64,000 nt of DNA from Octopus vulgaris (taxonomy: Eukaryota), in contig OX597832.1 in assembly GCA_951406725.2 (NCBI GenBank), forward strand, positions 16,678,001-16,742,000, in the 5' to 3' direction. Below are positions 56,600-64,000 of the stretch, piece after piece. A program made the position numbers and the translations under genes. The notes beneath the pieces were generated by a model. It had not been told where the DNA came from. It searched no databases and saw nothing but the letters and a program-made list of their open reading frames with translations. Within the stretch, counting starts at the first letter, position 1, and every line of letters begins with the position of its first letter.

Positions 56600-57628
56600 T
56601 ATCGCTTTGTTTGCCATTGTTTGTTCTCTCTGTGTTTAGCCCCTTGTGGGTTGTAAAAAAAAATAGGTATTTCGTCTACCGCTACGTTCTGAGTTAAAAT
56701 TCCGCCGAGGTCGATTTTGCATTTCATACTTTCGGGATCGATTAAATAAGTACCAGTTACGCATTGGGGTCGGTATAATCGACCTACTCCTTTTGTGTGT
56801 CCTTGTTTGCCCTCTCTGTGTTTAGCCGCTTGTGGGTAGTAAAAAAATAGGTATTTCGTCTGCCACTACTTTCTGAGTTGATATTCCGATGAAGTCGCCT
56901 TTGCCTTTTATGCTTTCCGGGTCGATTAATTAAGTACCAGTTGCATAATAGGAACGATGTAATCGACATAATCCGTTTGTCTGTCTTTGTTTGTCCCCTC
57001 TGTGTGTAGCCGCTTGTGGGCAGTAAATAAACAGGAAAATTTAGCACACCGGGCGAATGCTACGTTCTGAGTTCAAATTCCGCCGAGATCGACTTTGCCT
57101 TTCATTCTTTCGGGGTTGATAAATTAAATACCAGTTACGCACTGGTGTCGATATAATCGACTTAATCCGTTTGTCTTTCTATGTTTGACCTCTCTGTGCT
57201 TTGCGCCTTGTTGGTAGTAATGAAATATGTATTTCGTGTGTCTTTATATTCGGAGTTCAATTTCCGCCGAGGTCGACATTGCTTTTCATTCTTTCAAGGT
57301 ATTTAAATTATGTTCCAGTTGCATACTGGGGTCGACTTAATAGACTGGCTCCCTCCCCAATAATTTCGGACCTTATGTCTAGAGTAGAAAAGAATATTTA
57401 CACCAGTTAAGGCGGGTAGCTGGCAGAAATGTTAGTACATTGGACGAAATTCTTAGCGGTATTTCGTCTGTCTTTATGCTGTGAGTTCAAATTCCGCAGG
57501 GGTCGACTTTGCCTTTTATCCTTTAGAAGTAATTAAATTAAACGCCAATTGCATACTTGAGTTGATCTAATTGACTAGCCCCTCTCACCTAAAATTTCGG
57601 GCTTTGTGTCTAGACTACAAAGAATATA
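56600..57628 (+). repeat. Head-to-tail array of ~5.5 family-2 SINE units
   Basis: Unit starts at ~56666, 56850, 57034, 57229 and 57411 (period ~184-195 bp). Most internal units lack the A-box head. Confidence 0.92.
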
Positions 57629-57912
57629 TGTTTCGTCTTCTAGGATTTTCCTTCTACAACACTTATGTGCTGATTACTACTATTGTCAATATACTGACTG
57701 ATATGCAAATGCAACTTACTACAAAATTCCCTATTCAACGTGTCATCCCCGTGCAAAGGAGGAGCTTCATATCACACCTGTTTAGAGTCCATGAACAGAG
57801 ACATCAAAAGCCTCCTTTAATGGAGAGATGAGAAGTGTGCTTCATTCAACAGATAAATATTATGGCATTACGCAATACTTAATCACGAGATGCAATCAGT
57901 TAGATCTTTCAG

Positions 57913-58084
57913 GTTATTCCAAATTTAAAATGTCACCAATATAGAAAATTTCGCTGGACGAAAGTTAATGGTAATATAACTGTGACCACAAGTACAAAGA
58001 CATCAAGTGCTAAGACTGGAAGTAAATCTCACACACCTGAGACGATGCTGCAGACAGAAGCAGACTTCTATCAGAGAATGACTA
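57913..58084 (+). other. Possible isolated coding exon (weak)
   Basis: tctttcAG|G acceptor, 57 open codons (VIPNLKCHQYRKFRWTKVNG...ADFYQRMT) and A|GTAAGT donor. No recognisable domain and a short pyrimidine tract. Confidence 0.2.
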
Positions 58085-58879
58085 GTAAGTATTTGGTATG
58101 AAGTGCCTCCAAAACACCCTGCAGCCTCTGGCACATTGATACGCATTTTCCCTATCATCTATCGTCTGAACAGTTATTGTAATGAACTCCCTTCGACAAT
58201 GGGACCTGTCATGCCCTCTACACTCAGACCAGCTGTGCCTGGCTCATAGATTCCCAATATTTTTAACCACTAATCCTAGTGCCTTGGCCACAGAACGACC
58301 TCTTGAATTTTCTCGCAGCTCGTCTCTTTTCTCCAAGTGCAAATTTGTAAGAGTCTCCACTGTGTTAGAGTGGTTGTGAAAGCAATAGATATAGCCTCTC
58401 GTAAATCCGGCAAAAGAATACCCACATACACCCATCCTGATATATATCACTTAATATATATTATGTAAATATATTATAACTGTGGAAACTTATGTTAAGG
58501 TCACGTTTTACTGACGCTGCTTGAAAATCAAAATAAGCCCTTTCATTTTATTTCAAATATTCTGGCATATTGAAGAGGCCGTATCACCGAATATGTCATG
58601 TGTCATTAATGATCACCTGCTTCCTACGCTTTAGAATAATTTAACTGACATTTCTTCAATAATCCAGCTTTTTGTATAACTACATTCATTACTTCTTTGG
58701 TTCTCGTTATTAATTAACGATGCTTTTAATGCCCATAATTCTCAGTTTAGCCGAATCGCGTGATGTGATATACGGAAGATATTTTTTCTTTCTGATTTTT
58801 TTTCTTTTTTTTTTGGCTCTTCCTATGTACGTCAAGTATGATCCCTTTTTACTCCCTGCTAACATTTCTACCATAAACA

Positions 58880-59049
58880 CAAACTTTGAAATCTGGGGGA
58901 AGATTTGGTGTTTAACGGTTACTTCATCGACTCCAAATGGATGAAATATGAAGTTAACCTTGGCAGAATTTGAACACTGGATGTAAAGATGGAAGACATT
59001 CTGCCAAGCATTTTTACTGGTGTGCTAACGGTTCTGCTAGCTCGCCGCC
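58880..59049 (-). mobile_element. Degenerate SINE family 2
   Basis: ggatgaaa...ttggcagaatttgaac...aagcatttt...gctaacggttctgctagctcgccgcc. Confidence 0.75.
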
Positions 59050-59384
59050 ATGTTTATCCTCTCATAACAGTAATGATATAAATTTTTAGTTTACAATGTT
59101 ATGTTGCTTCCTTTTTGTAGTCCAAACATTATTAGTCTGGAGAATTTGCCTCTATTTGCAAACATAGGTGGTTATTCCTCCAGTCTTCTCCGTCCAATCA
59201 AACTCAATTTCTCTATCACCTTAGTATAACTAAAGCGCTTAACATCTAACCCCACATTCAGTCCATCGTACGTACATTTCCAAAATGATGGGAATATAGT
59301 GTTTGACTATTTTGGAATGGTAACGTTGCACGTTGATAGTTGATTATTGAATATAGATCCCTACATCGTTTGTTGTTATGCCAA

Positions 59385-59785
59385 GGCGGCGAGCTGGCAG
59401 AAACATTTGTTCGCCAAGCGAAATGCTTAACGATATTTCATCTGTCTTTATGTTCTGAGTTCAAATTCCGCCGAGGTGGACTTTGCCTTTCATCATTTCT
59501 GTGTCGATGAATTAAGTACCAGTTGCGTACTGGTGTCGATGCAATCGACTTAATCCGTTTGTCTGTCCTTGTTTGTCCTCTCTGTGTTTAGCCCATTGTG
59601 GATAGTAAAGAAATAGGTCTTTCGTCTGTCTTTACGTTCTGAGTTCAAATTCCGCCGAGGTCGATTTTGCCTTTCATCTTTTCTGTGTCGATGAATCCAG
59701 TACCAGTTGCGTACTGATGTCGATCAAATCGACTGCCCCGCAAAAACAAAGTTCTGTCCTAGTACGAAAAGTAGAAATCACTATT
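59385..59785 (+). mobile_element. SINE family 2 dimer (head, core, tail A, core, tail B)
   Basis: Head GGCGGCGAGCTGGCAGAAAC; core repeated at 59432 and 59616 (period 184). Confidence 0.9.
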
Positions 59786-61182
59786 GTTTGTGGTTACACA
59801 TATCTTCTTACTGAGAATATTCTAGAAGTCGTCATAAGATTTACGTTACAAATTGTGGAGTCAAGAAACTATACTATTTTCCAGTGCCACTTTAAACCAT
59901 TTGAATAAAAACTATGTCATGCGAGAAAGGCATGAATGTTACACATTCGTATTGTTCTAAACTGTAGCAAAAACAGAACACCGTGTATTTTCTTGAGGAA
60001 GAGAACTTATATATTTAAAGTATATGTTATGGAATATTTAACGTAAGTGTAAAACGTTTTAGCAGAATATTTTAAGCTGAAATGGGTGCATTTTATTGGT
60101 TATGCCAATCTCATTTGTAAATACAGGCTGAATAAGCTATGGATAGTAAATCTGTCAGCAAGTTAATCGCTATCTGACATTAAATCAATGCTATAAAACC
60201 GTTTCCTCTTTCCAGAATCAGTTTCCACACTTTCTGCATTGCTGTCTTCTTAGACTTTAAAACGGATCAACTTTTAACCAGTTATTCGAGGTATGCCATC
60301 TTGATTAATGGGTGAAGGGGAAATTTATGTATAATACTTTCCAAACATTGCAGATTGGTATTCAGACTGCAAATGGCTATACATTATGATATGGTTTCTC
60401 TAAATCTGTTGTATTTTTTTTAAAAACCAGAACCTACTCAAATCAGGAGGACATCTTCAAATCATTTATTGAAACAGGTGTAATTAAAGCTGAAATGAAA
60501 CGCGAAGAACGTTTAACTGACGAGAGGTTCCTTTTCTCTCTCTCTTTTTTTTCCTATGCGGACAACGTAAATCCGTTTTCTTCTTCCATATTAATACATT
60601 GTATTGCGAACGACTTAGAGAATTTAAAAATGAAATGAAAGGGCTGTCAACAGCAATATTGATTATTTGCCATAGCACAAGGCCCAAACATTTGTGTGAT
60701 AGGATTATAGTCGACATCAGTATGTTATTAGTGGTCTTTATATCCTCCATGGAAAGCAGTTGAAGAAAATATAACACGATAGCTTTATCGTTTGTAAGTC
60801 CAATACTCTTCCACGATAAAATATGTATACACGCAAACGTGCGAAATTTCATTCTGTGTTCAGTTCTCTGTTCTTATTACTTCATTTTGGCTATAAGCTT
60901 GGTCGTTTGGAAAAAAGGTGAATAACCTCAAATGATGATGGAGTCACGCACCGAATTGTGCAGTATCGGTGTGCAACAGAAATAGGGAAAAATGACTAAT
61001 AAAACAGAATAAAGGCTTGGACAGAGAAAATAGATACAGAATTGGTTGTTACTCTAAAATATGCTGCTCACCAAAATTATTTGGCACACTAACTGCTCAT
61101 GGGGTAGTATCTTTATGCACATTATTTACTCAATCATTGTCAGGTTTCTACGGTCTTTACTCTAGTTGATGGAATATTTACT

Positions 61183-61571
61183 CTTTACTATTTTACTTGT
61201 TTCAGTCATTTGACTGCGGCCATGCTGGAGCACCACCTTTAGTCGAGCAAATCGACCCCAGGACTTATTCTTTGTAAGCCTAGCACTTATTATATCGGTC
61301 TCTTTTGCTAAACCGCTAAGTTATGGGGACGTAAACATATCAGCATCAGTTGTCAAGTGATGTTGAGGGAGACAACACAGACACAAACACACATATATAT
61401 ACATATATACGACAGGCTTATTTCAGTTTCCGTCTACCAAATCCACTCACAAGGCTTTGGTCGGCTCAAGGCTATAGTAGAAGACTCTTGCCTAAGAGGC
61501 CATGCCATGGGACTGAACCCAGAACCATGTGGTTTGTAAGCAAGCTACTTACCACACAGCCACTCCTGCGC
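61183..61571 (-). mobile_element. SINE family 1 (full length)
   Basis: Reverse complement of the 40775 copy, from ttttacttgtttcagtcatttgactgcggcc to accacacagccactcctgcgc. Confidence 0.92.
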
Positions 61572-61904
61572 AGAAAACGTCCTGCTCAAGTGCATGGATT
61601 TCAAAATAAGCAATAAATTATTTATTTGATTTGCACACGTCCCGAAAAACTAGTCTAAACAATGATATTTAGAGTGTCTTTCAAATCAATTCATGTACTT
61701 ATTATCACGAAAGATATATGAGGTTTCGCGTGTTTTTAAAAGAACTTTAAATCATTGTACATAATTTCAGAAAATCAGTCTTCTAATTACATAATGATTT
61801 TTTTGTTTGTGTTTTTGATTCCATTTTCTTTTCTTTTTCGAAGAATAAACATACTGACAAAATCTTCTGATTGATATAAGGTCGTTAATATCATACATGC
61901 CTTT

Positions 61905-62075
61905 CAGGCCGCAAACTAGTGGAATCGTTAGCGCGCTGGAGAAAAAGATTCATGCATTCCATCTTATATCCTTACATTCTGAGTTCAATTTCCGCCGAGG
62001 TCGATTTTGCATTTCGTCGTTTCGAGGTCTATAAACTAACAACCTGTTGAGTACTGGAGTCTATATAATCGACTG
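61905..62075 (+). mobile_element. Degenerate SINE family 2
   Basis: ttctgagttcaatttccgccgaggtcgattttgc...tataatcgact. Confidence 0.75.
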
Positions 62076-62397
62076 GGAACCAATATTATACATGTCCTAT
62101 GTATTTCTATACTTAGAGTGCTATACATTCTGAAATTTCTATGTTCCTCTCTCGTACGTAATTCAATGTAAATACAGTATTGAATATTCAAATATATGTT
62201 CTGAAGACTTAGATATTTTGGTAAATAAGAAAGAAATGTAATTCAGCATTTTATCTCACTGATAATATATTCATCTCTCCCGCTTATATATGGAATGACA
62301 AGAAAACAGTACTTATATTTAGATAATTTAAAATTTCTCTATATAGAAGATTCATTTTCCATTTCAGAATAGAAATCTATAGTATTATAAATCATAT

Positions 62398-62795
62398 GGG
62401 TACAGGCATGGCTGTGTGGTAAGAAGATTACTTCTCAACCCCATGGTTTCGGGTTAGTTCAACTGCGTGACACCTTGGGCACTATTGCCTTGGGGTAACT
62501 AAAACCTTGTGAGTGTATTTGGTAGACGGAAGCCGAAAGAAGCCCATCATATATATATATACGGATATATATGTTTATATCTATGTGTGTGTGTTTGCCC
62601 CCACCCCAACACCGCTTTACAATTGTTGTTGGTGTGTTTATGCCCCTCTAACTTAGTGGTTCGGCAGAAAAACCCGATAAATTAAGTACAAAGCTTGAAA
62701 AAATAAATCTTGTGGTCAATTTATTTGACTAAAACTATTGAAAGGTGTACTCCAGCATGGCCGTAGTGAAATGACTGAAACATGTAAAAGAATAA
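62398..62795 (+). mobile_element. SINE family 1 (full length, diverged)
   Basis: tggctgtgtggtaag head...ctccagcatggccgtagtgaaatgactgaaaca tail. Confidence 0.88.
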
Positions 62796-64000
62796 AAGAA
62801 AACTAATATAGAACTAAACTTTGGAATGGAATGTATCTCACATTGTGCATATACTATCATAACCAGAAATTTATCAGTTGCATGAGCCAAACTGGAAGTA
62901 TACACGTAGCCACTCTGCTTCTCTACATATACCAATTCAATGTCCACATCTCCTGTGATGAATTTTACCTTAACAGAAAATGATGGAAGACGACTGGGTA
63001 ATATAATCAGGGTTTCACAATGATTGAAACATATATAAAATAGGTGATCGTTGGTGAAAAGATCTATACGTATCTTTTTTTTCTTTTTAATGTAGTCGTT
63101 TATTCTACTTATATCAGTTGAAATACAATTCATAAGTTACAATAATTTTAAATAGAATTCATTAGTAATTTCAGTGAGTTTATGAAATGTTTAAATGAAA
63201 AGATAACGTAAGAAAAACAAATATCGAAAAGCCAAAGAAGACAGGATTCAACAAAAGCTTACAACTTTCGACAGGTTGTTATGTTTGGTTTGGGAAGATA
63301 CTTTGTAACTTAATTGTGTTTTGCAATCTATTAGGAGGATGACAACTTGTAGGAACCTTTGTCGTTTCCTGAGCCGTAATTGAATCGTTATTGTAAATAC
63401 CTAATAAGAATTCGATAGGGTATATTAAGGGCTTAGACTCAGTGTCTCGTGTTGTAAATTGGATTATAGATCGATTTGCGACGAGAACAGATGCGCTGTC
63501 ACTTGCCAGAATCTGCATGAAATAAGCGTAATAATTCCGTATCCTGAACACGTAAGATAGACTTACCTACAACGAATATTAAATTAGCAATATCGAATCC
63601 ACTTCTTCCAAGTGCGTCGGACTGGGCATAAAAAATGAAACAGTTGGTCAGCTAAACCCATGTACTGTTATTGAAAGAGGTTACACAGTACAAGTACATT
63701 CCGATACAGAGAGTGTACAATATATTTTTAAATGGAGCTTATTTTGTAATGCGTTCTGTTTTGGTTGCAAAACGACTGGCGGTTAAATACTTGCACCTTT
63801 CGTCAATTTTATTAACTGCGATGTATTTCTATTTTCTAACAACAAACATTAGTTCAATCACCTTTGCGTAGACATTCTTTAACAAAGTATCACTAAAATA
63901 TGGCAAATGGTATGACACGATCTTTTGGTCTTCTAAATAACGGCCCATAATTCCACATGCTATACATCCGAACTCACCAAATAAGTAAAAAATCATAATA

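Noticed and set aside
56600-57628. Regular repeats as a CRISPR array
   Set aside because: Whole ~184-bp units repeat with no unique spacers, there are no cas genes, and the units are SINE-derived in eukaryotic DNA.
60330-60850. Additional mariner fragment (PILFHDKICIH resembling PILLHDNARPH) and a 122-aa minus-strand ORF
   Set aside because: The motif is too degenerate and not collinear with other transposase motifs; the ORF has no recognisable features.

Overview
This window is AT-rich, repeat-saturated eukaryotic DNA (intergenic or inside a long intron), and no intact protein-coding gene can be supported. Nearly all ORFs in the track are translated microsatellites. The tRNA-headed SINE families and the extreme (TA)n/(CA)n/(GATA)n load resemble an Octopus-like cephalopod genome; this is an inference and needs BLAST. 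Recognisable elements: a full-length decayed mariner with both TIRs (1371-2584) and smaller mariner pieces; several Penelope-like retroelement (PLE) remnants (RT thumb, GIY-YIG endonuclease, and pLTR-like pieces with decayed hammerhead motifs and short terminal inversions); two ~500-bp non-autonomous Helitrons head-to-head forming a 1.1-kb palindrome; a TTAA-flanked piggyBac-type MITE; and about 20 SINE copies from three families. Most worth follow-up: a headless ~184-bp SINE module that builds tandem arrays through a GAAATA-gg-TATTTC junction, the Helitron palindrome, hammerhead-bearing elements with inverted ends, a foldback structure at 39.8-40.4 kb, and a duplicated motif-dense ~95-bp block at 14.3 and 15.6 kb. 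All alignments and translations outside the ORF track were done by eye.
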